A DNA stretch of 64,000 nt from Marinicella sp. (GCA_965230295.1 OZ246001.1:800001-864000); one strand, 5' to 3'; positions 9,011 through 19,996 are shown, counted from the stretch's first letter. The notes: generated from the sequence alone by a model not told the origin. A program made the numbers and translations.

Positions 9011-10012
9011 ATGAGTGAAAACGATAACAAGATTAAGCAGCAACTGCATGTCACCCCTGAATCTTCCGGTTTGCGTCTTGACCAGTACTTGACACAACTG
9101 TTCCCAGATCATTCCAGAGCGAACATTCAGCAATGGATAAAACTGGGCAGTGTCAAAATCAACGGCCATAATACCAAAAGCAAAACCCTTTTGAAAGGAT
9201 TTGAAGTGATTGACTTGGATATCACCATTGAAAAGGCGGTTGATGACCAACCTGAAGCCATGGATTTAGACATCAGATACGAAGATCAATACCTGTTGAT
9301 TCTAAACAAACCAGCTGGCCTGGTCGTACATCCTGGCAGCGGTAACCCAAATGGAACTTTGCTCAATGGTTTACTGGCCATCAGTGAAGAACAGGCCATG
9401 CTCACTCGAGCAGGTATTGTTCATCGGCTGGATAAAGACACTTCTGGTTTGATGGTGGTGGCCAAAACTGCCGCCTGCCAACTGAAATTGATTGACCTGC
9501 TTAAGACCCATGATGTCAAACGCCAATACTTTTGTGTGGTCAAAGGTCACATTGGTCAGGGTGGCACCATACTCAATCAAATGGGCCGGCATCCAACGCA
9601 ACGCATAAAAATGGCTGTGGTCATGAATGGTAAAGAGGCCATCACCCATTACGAACCATTTGACAATTTTGACCATTACACCAGTTTAACCATCAACTTA
9701 GAAACCGGCCGCACCCATCAAATCAGGGTACACATGCACCACTTGGGACACCCCTTGGTTGGAGACCCTTTGTATGGCAACCCCAATCGGGTGGACGCCG
9801 ATGTCGATGCCGAGCTTAAGGGCATCATCAGATCGTTTCCGAGACAAGCGTTACACGCTGAAAAGCTTGAATTTATACATCCAATCACAAATGAGCCCAT
9901 TTCTGTCAATGCCGAATTACCTGACGATTTGTGTCAATTATTGGAAGAATTGGAATTTTTGGACCTAAAACAAGCAGATTTTGATGATTTTGACGTGGAA
10001 TACGTCGAATAA
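9011..10012 (+). CDS. rluD: 23S rRNA pseudouridine(1911/1915/1917) synthase
   Basis: S4 domain RLDQYL, NKPAGLVVHPG, IVHRLDKDTSG, LETGRTHQIRVH, RQALHA. Confidence 0.96.
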   Translation: MSENDNKIKQQLHVTPESSGLRLDQYLTQLFPDHSRANIQQWIKLGSVKINGHNTKSKTLLKGFEVIDLDITIEKAVDDQPEAMDLDIRYEDQYLLILNKPAGLVVHPGSGNPNGTLLNGLLAISEEQAMLTRAGIVHRLDKDTSGLMVVAKTAACQLKLIDLLKTHDVKRQYFCVVKGHIGQGGTILNQMGRHPTQRIKMAVVMNGKEAITHYEPFDNFDHYTSLTINLETGRTHQIRVHMHHLGHPLVGDPLYGNPNRVDADVDAELKGIIRSFPRQALHAEKLEFIHPITNEPISVNAELPDDLCQLLEELEFLDLKQADFDDFDVEYVE

Positions 10013-10158
10013 TTCAATAAATATGAGCATTTGCTCGCATTTTCAGCTAATATTAGTTTATTGGAATATTATCTAACGGGGTCAATTACTCAATTCCTAG
10101 ATACTTGTGGCTTTACTCCCTCTTCCACATATTTACTTAAATTGGCCCTTCTTTTTTT

Positions 10159-10866
10159 ATGACTCACTTGATTGAACAATGGCATCGTCCAGCGAATGTG
10201 TTTGCTCTACAAACCACTCAATCACTGGATTCATTCAACCATTTCAGTGTACACCCCAGTGATGCCAATCCGGACCTCATGAAGCTGTTGGTGGATAATT
10301 TTCAATTGCCCCATGAGCCCATGTTTTTACACCAGGTGCATGAGAACAACATTGTTGAATATCACAGTCGACCTGGAAAACAAATGCAAATCCAGGCGGA
10401 TGCTTGTTTCACCCGTCAACCGGATGTGATTTGTGCCATCATGACCGCTGACTGTTTACCGGTTTTGTTGACTGACGCCAAAGGCTCATTCATAGCTGCC
10501 ATTCATTGTGGATGGCGCAGCTTGTATGCCAACATCCTGGAGGAAACAATGTCAACGATTAACCCGTCTGCTGAAGTACTCGCCTGGTTTGGCCCTTGTA
10601 TCCAACAAGCACAATATGAGGTGGGTGAGGATTTTGTCGAGCATTACGTAAAAAAGCACCCTGAATCCAAACCTGCTTTCACTCTTAATGCGGGTGGAAA
10701 AAGCCTGGCAGATCTGACCCTATTGGCAACATCTCAACTACAGCAAGCCGGCGTTTGTCAAATTGAAAAAGACCCTCGATGTACTTTCCTTGATCCAGAT
10801 TTTCACTCCTGGCGCCAAGATCAAACAACCATGCGCATGGCGACCATGGCTTGGCTGTACAATTGA
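10159..10866 (+). CDS. pgeF: Peptidoglycan editing factor PgeF / YfiH family
   Basis: LHQVH, ADAC.T, TADCLPV, AIHCGWR, GPCI...YEVG, CT....FHSWR. Follows rluD. Confidence 0.92.
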   Translation: MTHLIEQWHRPANVFALQTTQSLDSFNHFSVHPSDANPDLMKLLVDNFQLPHEPMFLHQVHENNIVEYHSRPGKQMQIQADACFTRQPDVICAIMTADCLPVLLTDAKGSFIAAIHCGWRSLYANILEETMSTINPSAEVLAWFGPCIQQAQYEVGEDFVEHYVKKHPESKPAFTLNAGGKSLADLTLLATSQLQQAGVCQIEKDPRCTFLDPDFHSWRQDQTTMRMATMAWLYN

Positions 10867-10947
10867 ACGTCCCAATGACTTTCGGCACAAACATTTCAAT
10901 GGTCTTGTTGCTAAAATTTGAAACTTAATTCTCGGGAAGCGTAAGCA

Positions 10948-13900
10948 GTGAAATTAACAGAAGCATCGTTATCAAATCGGGTCGCCGTCATGGTAGGCAT
11001 CATTCTGATTTTGATTTTTGGTATCATCAGTTTGAATCGCTTGCCGGTGCAAATGGCCCCCAATGTTGAAAGGCCCATCATCACTGTTACCACAGTATGG
11101 CCGGGGGCTGCTCCGGAAGAAGTCGAATCTGAAATTCTGGAACTCCAGGAACAAGTATTCCGGGGCATGCCCGGAGTTGAGCGCATGTCTGCCAATGCCA
11201 GCTATGCCCAAGCTTCAATCAACCTTGAGTTTGATATCGAAGTTGACTTCCAAAAGTCCTTGATTGATGTCATCAATCGTTTGAACCAAGTACCATCCTA
11301 CCCAGTGGATGCCAACGAACCCACCTTACTGATTGGTGGCAATCAATTTGGCAATACCATTGCCTGGTTCGCCATTCGTCCATTGGAGGGTAATGATCGC
11401 CCCATTGTCACTTACCAGGATTTTGTTAATGACAATGTTTTGCCCAGGTTTGAACAAATCAACGGCGTTTCTTCAGCCAACGCTTTTGGCGGCCGAGGTT
11501 ATGAAATCCGAATCACATATGACCCACACCTGGCTGCAGCCCTCGGGGTTGATTTAACCGAAATCACTGCACTTGGTGGCAATTTTAACAACACCTCAAT
11601 GGGCACCAAAGATGTGGGGAAAAGACGCTATACACTGCGTTTTGAAGGTAAATATGATTACCTTGCACTCAGGGATTATGTGATTGACTGGCGTGATGGT
11701 AAGCCCATCTACTTGAAAGACATTGCCTTGATTGAAAAGGTGATGCAAGATGCACAAGGTGGCTTGTATCAAAATGGCGGTCCTTCAATTGCCACAAACA
11801 TCATTCCAGAGGCTGGTGTCAACTTATTGGACCTGATGGACGAAATCAAATTAAAAACCCAGGAAATTGATGAAACAGTTTTGAAACCGGCAGGGTTATC
11901 CATCGTTCAGGTTTATGATGAATCCATCTACACCAATCAATCGGTGTTGATGGTGCGCAATAACCTGGTGTTGGGTATGGTGTTGGCCATTTTTATCCTG
12001 TGGGCTTTTCTCAGGAAAAAGACCCCGGCTTTGATTGTAGCAGTGGCCATTCCAATCTGTTTACTGGGTGCTTTTGTACTATTGGATGCACTGGGTCGCA
12101 CCTTGAACATCATTTCTTTGGCGGGTCTGGCTTTTGCGACTGGCATGGTGTTGGATGCGGCCATTGTGGTGCTGGAAAACATTGTGCGCCACCGGGAAAT
12201 GGGCAAAAGCGCCAACGAAGCTGCTTTGATTGGTTCCAAGCAAGTTTGGGGCGCCTTGTTGGCGTCAACAGCTACCACGGTGGCAATCTTTCTGCCCGTG
12301 GTGTTTCTCAAAGATGAGGCCGGTCAATTGTTCACAGACTTGGCATTGACCATTTCAATATCGGTGGTATTGTCTTTGATAGTGGCTATCACAGTGCTAC
12401 CCGCAGCCACGGTCAAATTCATCAAACGCAATGATTTTGATGACCGACAAAAGGCGATGTGGGAATCCATCACCCGTTTCATCAACAACCTCACCAGAAC
12501 ACCCAGCTTACAAAGAATGTGGGTGGTGATTCTGATTGTGGTGCCACTTTCTTTGGCATATTTCCTCAGACCACCTGCTGATTACTTACCTGAAGGAAAA
12601 CGTAATTTTGCCTTTGGCGTGTTGTTTCCACAGCCTGGTATATCCGTGGAATCCTCTCGCACAGAACTGGCTGATGTCATTGTTGAACGCATGCAACCGT
12701 ATTTGGATGGCGAGCAGCAACCCAAAATTGAGAACTATTTCTTGGGCGTGTTCGGATCTCAGGCCTTTTTTGGGTTCCGGGCTGAGGATGTATCAAAGAT
12801 GGATCAATTGTTGGGCATCGTCAATGGACAGGTTCTTACCGGCATCCCTGATGCCTTTGGTTTTGCTGGACGCGCACCCGTTTTCGGTGGTGCCCGAGGC
12901 GGTCGAAACATCAATGTAGATTTACAAGCAGATGATTTCGAATCCTTGCTGCTGGCAGGTCAATCAGCCATGGGCATGATTCAGGGCTTGATCCCCAATT
13001 CCCAAATTCAACCACAACCCAGTCTAGAACTGGGTGCACCAGAACTTAACATCAAACCCAATGATCGGGCCATCGCCGAGGCAGGCTGGTCAAGAAACCA
13101 ACTGAATGCGGTACTCAGGTCATTTGGCACCGGTGCCTTTGTGGGAGAATATTTTGATGGCAACAAGCGGATGAACGTGATGTTGCGCTCAACAGAATGG
13201 GACACCCCTGAGGAACTGGCCGCGCTGCCTTTATATACTGCACATGGCGATGTGGTACCTCTGGATCACTTGACATACATTGATCGCACCGCTGGCCCTT
13301 CACAAATACTGCGGGTGGACCGTAAAAGAACCTTGACGCTGCAAGTTAAGCCACCACAGGAAGTGCCATTAGAGGATGCGATTTTCTTACTGAAGAGCCA
13401 ATTAACACCACAACTCATGCCCTTATTGCCAGAAGGTGGATCCATCACTTACCGGGGCACCGCTGAAGCCTTAGACACGGCCTTAGACAGCCTCAAATGG
13501 TCTTTTGCACTGGCCATTGTGATTTTATACCTGCTGATCAGCGCCATGTTTCAATCCTTCAAAGATTCGCTGCTGGTGGTCACCACCTTACCCATGGCAA
13601 CTGTCGGTGGACTCATTGGGTTACGCATCCTGGATTGGGTGTTGGTCCTATTGGGAGGTACCGGTCAGTCCATGGACTTGTTAACCATGATTGGGTTCGT
13701 GATCTTGTTAGGCCTGGTGGTGAACAATGCCATCTTATTGGTGTTGCGGGCCAGGGACTCACAAAAGATCGGCATGAGCACCCAAGAAGCGGTGGCCAAC
13801 GCCGTGCGTTTGCGATTAAGACCCATTTTTATGAGTACATTCACCAGTATTTTTGGTATGCTGCCTTTGTTATTGATACCTGGATCAGGTACCGAACTCT

Positions 13901-14028
13901 ACCGCGGTTTGGCTGCAGTGATTGTCGGTGGCATGCTCATCAGCACTTTATTTACCTTGGTCCTGTTACCAAGCTTACTTAAATTGACCGGAAACAAACA
14001 TCAGGAGCAAAGCGTTGCAACCGTTTAA
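10948..14028 (+). CDS. RND efflux transporter permease (AcrB/AcrD/AcrF superfamily)
   Basis: 1026 aa. WPGAAPEEVE, LNIISLAGLAFATGMVLDAAIVVLENI, GLVVNNAILLV, RLRPIFMST. Confidence 0.93.
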   Translation: MKLTEASLSNRVAVMVGIILILIFGIISLNRLPVQMAPNVERPIITVTTVWPGAAPEEVESEILELQEQVFRGMPGVERMSANASYAQASINLEFDIEVDFQKSLIDVINRLNQVPSYPVDANEPTLLIGGNQFGNTIAWFAIRPLEGNDRPIVTYQDFVNDNVLPRFEQINGVSSANAFGGRGYEIRITYDPHLAAALGVDLTEITALGGNFNNTSMGTKDVGKRRYTLRFEGKYDYLALRDYVIDWRDGKPIYLKDIALIEKVMQDAQGGLYQNGGPSIATNIIPEAGVNLLDLMDEIKLKTQEIDETVLKPAGLSIVQVYDESIYTNQSVLMVRNNLVLGMVLAIFILWAFLRKKTPALIVAVAIPICLLGAFVLLDALGRTLNIISLAGLAFATGMVLDAAIVVLENIVRHREMGKSANEAALIGSKQVWGALLASTATTVAIFLPVVFLKDEAGQLFTDLALTISISVVLSLIVAITVLPAATVKFIKRNDFDDRQKAMWESITRFINNLTRTPSLQRMWVVILIVVPLSLAYFLRPPADYLPEGKRNFAFGVLFPQPGISVESSRTELADVIVERMQPYLDGEQQPKIENYFLGVFGSQAFFGFRAEDVSKMDQLLGIVNGQVLTGIPDAFGFAGRAPVFGGARGGRNINVDLQADDFESLLLAGQSAMGMIQGLIPNSQIQPQPSLELGAPELNIKPNDRAIAEAGWSRNQLNAVLRSFGTGAFVGEYFDGNKRMNVMLRSTEWDTPEELAALPLYTAHGDVVPLDHLTYIDRTAGPSQILRVDRKRTLTLQVKPPQEVPLEDAIFLLKSQLTPQLMPLLPEGGSITYRGTAEALDTALDSLKWSFALAIVILYLLISAMFQSFKDSLLVVTTLPMATVGGLIGLRILDWVLVLLGGTGQSMDLLTMIGFVILLGLVVNNAILLVLRARDSQKIGMSTQEAVANAVRLRLRPIFMSTFTSIFGMLPLLLIPGSGTELYRGLAAVIVGGMLISTLFTLVLLPSLLKLTGNKHQEQSVATV

Positions 14029-15055
14029 ACTAATAACAATCTGTCTGATCATTATCATGAGCGCTGGCCTGGCGCAGGCTCAAATGCCTGCCCCTTTGGT
14101 TAAAACCGCACCCGCGGTGAAAACCCAAATGGCACCTACTCGCGTAGTGGCTGCTTACACCAAAGCCCGTTACATCACCACCATCAAGGCCGAAACCAAA
14201 GGCCGGGTGTTGGAAATGGCCTATGTGGGACAAAACATGATCCAAGGTGAACCTTTGGGATTAATCGCTGACGAAGAATATGCGTTGCGTTTAGCAGAAT
14301 TGAGAGGCGCCATTGCCAGTCAGGAAGCGCAAGTTGAGTTTTTAAAATCAGAATCAGTGAGGCTGAAATCATTACAAACCCAAAACCTCACTTCAGCAAC
14401 GGCTTCAGAAAAAAACACCGCCGACTTAAAAACCGCACGTGCAGATTTGGTGCAAGCCAAAGCCAGGTTACAACAGTTAGAAAGTGACATTGCCAAACTG
14501 ACTCCCAAAGCACCATTCAATGGTTTTGTGACTCAACAATTGGCCCAGCCAGGACAATACTTGGATCAGGGACAAAATCTACTTGAAATCATGTCTTCTG
14601 ACGACACCGAAGTGGTGGCGCAAATTCCATTCAAGCTGAAATCAGTGATTCAAGTCGGCCAAGTCTGGCAATTCATGGATCAGGCTGGCTCAGTTCATGA
14701 TGCTGAAGTCACTCGCTTCATTCCTGCCGCAACGTCAAACAGCCGCCTGATTCAAGTACACCTCAAAGACCTTTCTGATCAATTGATGCCGGGTGAACCC
14801 ATCAAACTGATGGTACCTGAAGCCACTCCACAAGAAGTGGTTGCAGTTCCAAGAGATGCGTTGGTGTTGAGAAGACAAGGCGCTTATATCTACACCATTA
14901 AAGAAGGAATGGCTCACAAAGTTGATGTCACTACTGGTTTGGCACAAGGCGATATGATTGCTATTAATGGAGCGGTCAACGCCGGAGATCAAGTTGTGGT
15001 TCGGGGCAATGAAAGGCTGCGTGACCAACAAGCTGTTCAAGTGTTAGATCAGTAA
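14015..15055 (+). CDS. RND efflux periplasmic adaptor (MFP)
   Basis: Signal peptide, lipoyl halves flanking a coiled coil, APFNG.V, VPRDAL, GDQVVVRG. Confidence 0.9.
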   Translation: MQPFKLITICLIIIMSAGLAQAQMPAPLVKTAPAVKTQMAPTRVVAAYTKARYITTIKAETKGRVLEMAYVGQNMIQGEPLGLIADEEYALRLAELRGAIASQEAQVEFLKSESVRLKSLQTQNLTSATASEKNTADLKTARADLVQAKARLQQLESDIAKLTPKAPFNGFVTQQLAQPGQYLDQGQNLLEIMSSDDTEVVAQIPFKLKSVIQVGQVWQFMDQAGSVHDAEVTRFIPAATSNSRLIQVHLKDLSDQLMPGEPIKLMVPEATPQEVVAVPRDALVLRRQGAYIYTIKEGMAHKVDVTTGLAQGDMIAINGAVNAGDQVVVRGNERLRDQQAVQVLDQ

Positions 15056-15059
15056 CGCC

Positions 15060-15971
15060 TCAATAGAGTGTGATTTTATCTTTGATTGCATTGATGACAG
15101 AGTCACCTAACATATGAAACTCTTTGCTGCGTGTGCTGCCTTTGCGCCAGGCCAAGCCAATTTCACGATAAGCATCAAACTCCAGGGCATCCACTTGAAT
15201 TTCTGTGTTGTTAAACAATGGCAGCTTCAAAGCCATTTCAGGTATGAAACTCACCCCCAAGTCTTGTTTCACCATTTCGACCAGGGTTAACAAGCTGCTG
15301 GCTGTGAACTGACTGACTTTATCAACATGCTTGATGTGGCAGGCACTGATGGCATGGTCGCGCAGACAATGCCCATCATCGAGCAACAAGACCGACCCAT
15401 CACCAATGTCATCAATATTGAATTTTCGACCATGTAGCCATTGGTTATTGATCGAACTGATCAAACGAAACCTATCCTTAAACAAGGTCAGCGTCTCCAC
15501 ACTGCGCATTTCATAAGGCAATGCCAACAAAATGACGTCCAGTTGGCCTCGCATCAGCTGATCATAAATATCTGCTGATTTGCCTTCATGAATTTCCAAA
15601 TCCAGGTCTGGATAATTGTCATTCAATTCCGGTAACAAGTCAGGCATCACAAACGGGCCAATGGTTGGAATCATACCAACCGATAATTGACCTGACAAAG
15701 GCAGTAAATTACCTTGAGCCATATCCAGCATTTTTTTCATTTCAGCCATAACAGCCAAAGATTGTTGATAAATTTCTCTGCCTAAATTGGTGACAGTAAC
15801 ACTCTTATTGGTGCGATCTACCAAGCGGCCACCCAAAGCATTTTCCAGCTCTTTGATCGCCACACTGAATGCTGATTGTGACACAAAACAACTGTCTGCT
15901 GCTTTGCCAAAATGATTGTGTTCAATCAACGCATTGAAATATTTTAATTGTTTAATGGTAGGAAAGTGCAT
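15060..15971 (-). CDS. oxyR: H2O2-sensing LysR regulator OxyR
   Basis: HFGKAADSCFVSQS HTH, GMIPTIGPF, GHCLRDHAISAC (both redox cysteines, C-x8-C), REIGLAWRK. Confidence 0.9.
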   Translation of the reverse strand: MHFPTIKQLKYFNALIEHNHFGKAADSCFVSQSAFSVAIKELENALGGRLVDRTNKSVTVTNLGREIYQQSLAVMAEMKKMLDMAQGNLLPLSGQLSVGMIPTIGPFVMPDLLPELNDNYPDLDLEIHEGKSADIYDQLMRGQLDVILLALPYEMRSVETLTLFKDRFRLISSINNQWLHGRKFNIDDIGDGSVLLLDDGHCLRDHAISACHIKHVDKVSQFTASSLLTLVEMVKQDLGVSFIPEMALKLPLFNNTEIQVDALEFDAYREIGLAWRKGSTRSKEFHMLGDSVINAIKDKITLY

Positions 15972-16035
15972 ACCGATCCTTCATTGATGAATTGGAACAA
16001 AGATTGAATTTTATCCGTTTTTATCAATTAATCAA

Positions 16036-18681
16036 TCAAACTTCGCTTAAATTTATGGCGCGATCAACGATTTCAAATACATTCGCAGACAGGTTACTAA
16101 TTCCATGTATTCGCTTGAGTTCTGATAACATCATCGTTTGTGCAGCTGCATGGTGCTGCTGATAGTTATTAAACAATCCAACCAGACGAGCAGCAACTTG
16201 AGGGTTGATGGCATCAAGTGCAATCACTTGATCAGCCAAAAAAGCATAACCACTGCCATCCTCAGCATGATAACAGGTGATGTTACCCGCACAAAATGAC
16301 CCGATCAAACTGCGCACAACATTGGGGTTTTTCATTGAGAATATGGGCAAGTCCATCAATTGCTTAACCCGTTCCAAGGTGTCTTCAGCAGGTATAGTTG
16401 CCTGGATAGACAACCATTTGTTTATCACCAGTGAATTGTCCTGCCACTGGGTATAGTAGGCACCCAACAAATCTTCATATCCATCAACCTGGCGGTGTGT
16501 CAGTAAACTCAATGCCGCCATTTTATCGGTATAATTATTGGCGTTCTGGTATTGCTCTGCTGCCAACAGTGCCATTTCTTTCGGGACTTCACCTTGACTC
16601 TGCAACAAGTACCACAAACAACGGTTCTTCAGACTGCGTTGTGCCACTTGTTTTGAGTCAACCTGATAGGTCTCATGAGAGTAGTTCTGGTTATACACAG
16701 ACAACAGCTCCACCTTAAATTTCTCTGCCAGGATATGGACCAACCACTCTTTGGCCTCATGGAGCTTGATGATATCAACCGCAGTCAGTGACAACATCAT
16801 GGATTTCAAAGCAGGCAAAGTGATGGCTTCCGCAACCAAAGCAGGGTCGGATGTGGTATCTAACAATACATGTCTGAAAGAACTCAATACCTCATCAGGG
16901 CAACGGTATTCTTCGTCATTCAACAGCGACTGGTATTTATTGATGATCACTTCACTTTGCATCTGTTGAGCCGCGTTCCAACGGTTGAACGGATCCAAGT
17001 CATATTTCATCAAAAACGACAAATGGTTGCTTTGTTCTTTGTGATTAACGATAACTGGTGCAGAAAACCCTTGAAACAAGGAACTGATCGGCTGGTGATC
17101 AATGTTCTCGAAAACCCAAGTTTGGGTCATGTCCTTTAACTCATACACTTTTTGTGTGGTTCCAGATTCATCCAGCGCAAAAGGTTGACCATTGTCTTGA
17201 TACAATGACAACTTAACCGGCATGTGCATGGCTTGCCAATCTGATGCACCTTGAAAATTGGCAGGTGATTTTTGTATCAGGGTGATGGCATGCTTTCGCT
17301 TGGTGGCATCGTAGGTTTCCTGAATCTCAACACAAGGTGTGCCATTTTGTGAGTACCACAATTCAAACTGATCCAAATTGATGCCGTTGGCGTCTGCCAT
17401 GGCCAGTCTGAAATCATTACAGCTGACCGCTTGACCATCATGTCTTTCAAAATACAGTTTCATGCCTTTTTGAAACCCTTCTTCACCCAACAAAGTGTGA
17501 TACATCCTCACCACCTCTGAGCCTTTTTCATAAAGGGTTAAGGTATAGAAGTTGTTAATTTCGATGTATGAATCTGGCCTGACCGAATGAGACATGGGAG
17601 AGGCATCTTCAGCAAACTGCGCAGCACGTAAGTAACGAACGTCTTCAATCCTTTTGACCGCCCTGGATTGCAAATCAGCAGTGAATTCTTGATCCCTGAA
17701 GACCGTTAAGCCTTCCTTCAATGACAATTGAAACCAGTCTTTGCAGGTGACACGGTTGCCTGTCCAATTGTGAAAGTATTCATGGCCAATCACGGCTTCT
17801 ACATTGATAAAATCCTGATCTGATGCCGTTTCAGGATTCGCCAGTACATATTTTGAGTTAAAGATGTTGAGGCCTTTGTTTTCCATGGCACCCATGTTGA
17901 AATCGTCGGTGGCCACAATGTTGTAAACTTTTAAGTCATAAGCCAAATTAAACCTGCTTTCATCCCATTGCATGGAATTGATTAATGACTGCATGGCAAA
18001 TTCACAGGCATTCAGGTTCTTTTCTTCGGTGTATATATTAAGAGTGACCTCTTGGCCTTCACTGGTGGTGTATTGATCTGTTAAAACCGCCAGATCACCT
18101 GCCACCAAAGCAAATAAATAACTGGGTTTTGGATGCGGATCCATCCATTTGGCATAATGTTTACCTTCACCCAATTCACCCTGTGACAAGGGATTGCCGT
18201 TTGACAATAAGACGGGGTATTGTTTTTTGTTGGCAACAATGGTCACCATAAATGGTGCAAGCACATCAGGCCTGTCCAGATAATAAGTGATTTTTCGGAA
18301 CCCTTCGGCCTCACATTGGGTAAGAAAAAAGTCGCCAGACTGATACAATCCTTCAAGCGCGGTATTTTTATGCGGAAATATCCTGACCGTTGTACTTAAC
18401 GTGAACTCGTCAGGTAGCTGATTCAAAGATAAACCACGATCAGAAACCTGATATTCAGATTCATCTAATTCAGAGCCATTGATCTTAAGTGACTCTAAAG
18501 TCAGATCCACACCATCAAGAAACAAATTGTTTTCTGCGGCAGATGGGTTTTTATAAAAATTAATTCGGGATTTAACCAGAGTGTATTCAGGTTCAACTAA
18601 AAAAGCCAAATCCACTGATCTGACCCAAAAATTCGGGGCCAGGTAATCCTTGCGATAAATGATCTGTTTCTTGGCACTCAT
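16036..18681 (-). CDS. pepN: Aminopeptidase N (M1)
   Basis: TQCEAEGFR, GAMENKGLN, HEYFHNWTGNRVT, LKEGLT, NPNVVRSL, NPQVAARL. Confidence 0.97.
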   Translation of the reverse strand: MSAKKQIIYRKDYLAPNFWVRSVDLAFLVEPEYTLVKSRINFYKNPSAAENNLFLDGVDLTLESLKINGSELDESEYQVSDRGLSLNQLPDEFTLSTTVRIFPHKNTALEGLYQSGDFFLTQCEAEGFRKITYYLDRPDVLAPFMVTIVANKKQYPVLLSNGNPLSQGELGEGKHYAKWMDPHPKPSYLFALVAGDLAVLTDQYTTSEGQEVTLNIYTEEKNLNACEFAMQSLINSMQWDESRFNLAYDLKVYNIVATDDFNMGAMENKGLNIFNSKYVLANPETASDQDFINVEAVIGHEYFHNWTGNRVTCKDWFQLSLKEGLTVFRDQEFTADLQSRAVKRIEDVRYLRAAQFAEDASPMSHSVRPDSYIEINNFYTLTLYEKGSEVVRMYHTLLGEEGFQKGMKLYFERHDGQAVSCNDFRLAMADANGINLDQFELWYSQNGTPCVEIQETYDATKRKHAITLIQKSPANFQGASDWQAMHMPVKLSLYQDNGQPFALDESGTTQKVYELKDMTQTWVFENIDHQPISSLFQGFSAPVIVNHKEQSNHLSFLMKYDLDPFNRWNAAQQMQSEVIINKYQSLLNDEEYRCPDEVLSSFRHVLLDTTSDPALVAEAITLPALKSMMLSLTAVDIIKLHEAKEWLVHILAEKFKVELLSVYNQNYSHETYQVDSKQVAQRSLKNRCLWYLLQSQGEVPKEMALLAAEQYQNANNYTDKMAALSLLTHRQVDGYEDLLGAYYTQWQDNSLVINKWLSIQATIPAEDTLERVKQLMDLPIFSMKNPNVVRSLIGSFCAGNITCYHAEDGSGYAFLADQVIALDAINPQVAARLVGLFNNYQQHHAAAQTMMLSELKRIHGISNLSANVFEIVDRAINLSEV

Positions 18682-18719
18682 AGGTCTGCTTTCATAGGTT
18701 TAATGACAATTCCATCAAT

Positions 18720-19457
18720 TCAATTTTGTTCTGAATTCTCTTTCTTTTTACGCAAGGTTTTGCCCATCATTAATCCAAATTCAAATAAAATCCACATCGG
18801 GATAGCCAAGAGGATTTGTGAGCTGGGGTCTGGTGGGGTCAAAATCATGGCCACCACCAAAATACCGATGATAACATAAGGCCTTGATCGCGCCAGCTTT
18901 TCAGCTGAAGTGACACCCATTGAAATCAAAATAATGACCGCCACCGGTATTTCAAAAGCCAAACCAAAGGCAAAAAACAACCTGACTACAATATCCAGGT
19001 ATGAATTGATGTCTGGCATGTAAGTAACACCTTCTGGTGCAATGCTGGGTAAAAACACAAACAATATTGGAAAGACCACAAAAAAAGCAAAGGCACAACC
19101 CAAATAAAATAACACGATGCTTGATATTAAAATCGGCAAAGCAACTCGTTTTTCAGCCTTGTATAAGCCCGGTGCAACAAAAGCCCATATTTGATAAATG
19201 ATGACGGGCATGCTGATGATGACTGCCAGAATGATCACCATTTTAAATGGCGTTAAAAATGGTGATAACACACCGGTGGCAATCATGTCTGTGCCTTGAC
19301 TTAAATTATTGAGCACCGGTTGAGCGATGAGTGTATATATTTCACCTGCAAAGGGAAACATAGCCACCACCAGTATCAAAACTGAAAAAACCGCTTTTAA
19401 CAAGCGGCTTCTGAGTTCAACCAGATGCGAAACCAATGATTGTTCTTGATCTTGCAT
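18720..19457 (-). CDS. tatC: Twin-arginine translocase subunit TatC
   Basis: SHLVELRSRL, WAFVAPGLY..E, FGLAFEIP, LTPPD..SQ. Confidence 0.97.
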   Translation of the reverse strand: MQDQEQSLVSHLVELRSRLLKAVFSVLILVVAMFPFAGEIYTLIAQPVLNNLSQGTDMIATGVLSPFLTPFKMVIILAVIISMPVIIYQIWAFVAPGLYKAEKRVALPILISSIVLFYLGCAFAFFVVFPILFVFLPSIAPEGVTYMPDINSYLDIVVRLFFAFGLAFEIPVAVIILISMGVTSAEKLARSRPYVIIGILVVAMILTPPDPSSQILLAIPMWILFEFGLMMGKTLRKKKENSEQN

Positions 19458-19778
19458 TTAAGTCTTTTCTGCCCCTGCTTTATTGTCTTTAGATTGCTTA
19501 TTAATGCTGTTAGATGGTTGAACAGTTTCTATGGTTTTTGACAATTCCTGTTCTAATTCTTTGGCTTCTGCCAACATGGCATTTTCTTTTAATTGTGCTT
19601 TGACTGCTTCAATTTCCAGCTCTTGTTCCACTTCATTTTTTATGGATTGAAATGAACGCCGCATTTTTCCAAGATACAAACCCACTTTTCTTGCCACAAC
19701 GGGTAAGCGTTCTGGCCCAATGACCAACAATGCCACCACAAAAATGACCATCAACTCAGTGAAACCAATGTCAAACAT
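19458..19778 (-). CDS. tatB: Twin-arginine translocase subunit TatB
   Basis: MFDIGFTEL...[13 protein letters not shown]. Confidence 0.96.
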   Translation of the reverse strand: MFDIGFTELMVIFVVALLVIGPERLPVVARKVGLYLGKMRRSFQSIKNEVEQELEIEAVKAQLKENAMLAEAKELEQELSKTIETVQPSNSINKQSKDNKAGAEKT

Positions 19779-19996
19779 TATTTTTGGACTGGGTCTTCTT
19801 TGTTTTGATTGGCTGTTTCGATTTCATCCCCAGTTGATTCATTTTTCAACTCCTGGGTTTCTTCATCTGCAATGCCTTTTTTAAAACCCTTGACTGCACT
19901 GCCTAAATCATTCCCAATGTTTCTGAGCTTTTTGGTACCAAAAATTAAAGCCACCACCAGTAATATGATGAGTAATTGCGGCATACTGATTCCCAT
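19778..19996 (-). CDS. tatA: Twin-arginine translocase subunit TatA
   Basis: [24 protein letters not shown]. Confidence 0.96.
   Translation of the reverse strand: MGISMPQLLIILLVVALIFGTKKLRNIGNDLGSAVKGFKKGIADEETQELKNESTGDEIETANQNKEDPVQK

Noticed and set aside
13497-13982. 161-aa alternative-frame ORF inside the RND permease
   Set aside because: Fully nested in a well-supported gene, with no RBS or protein-like features.
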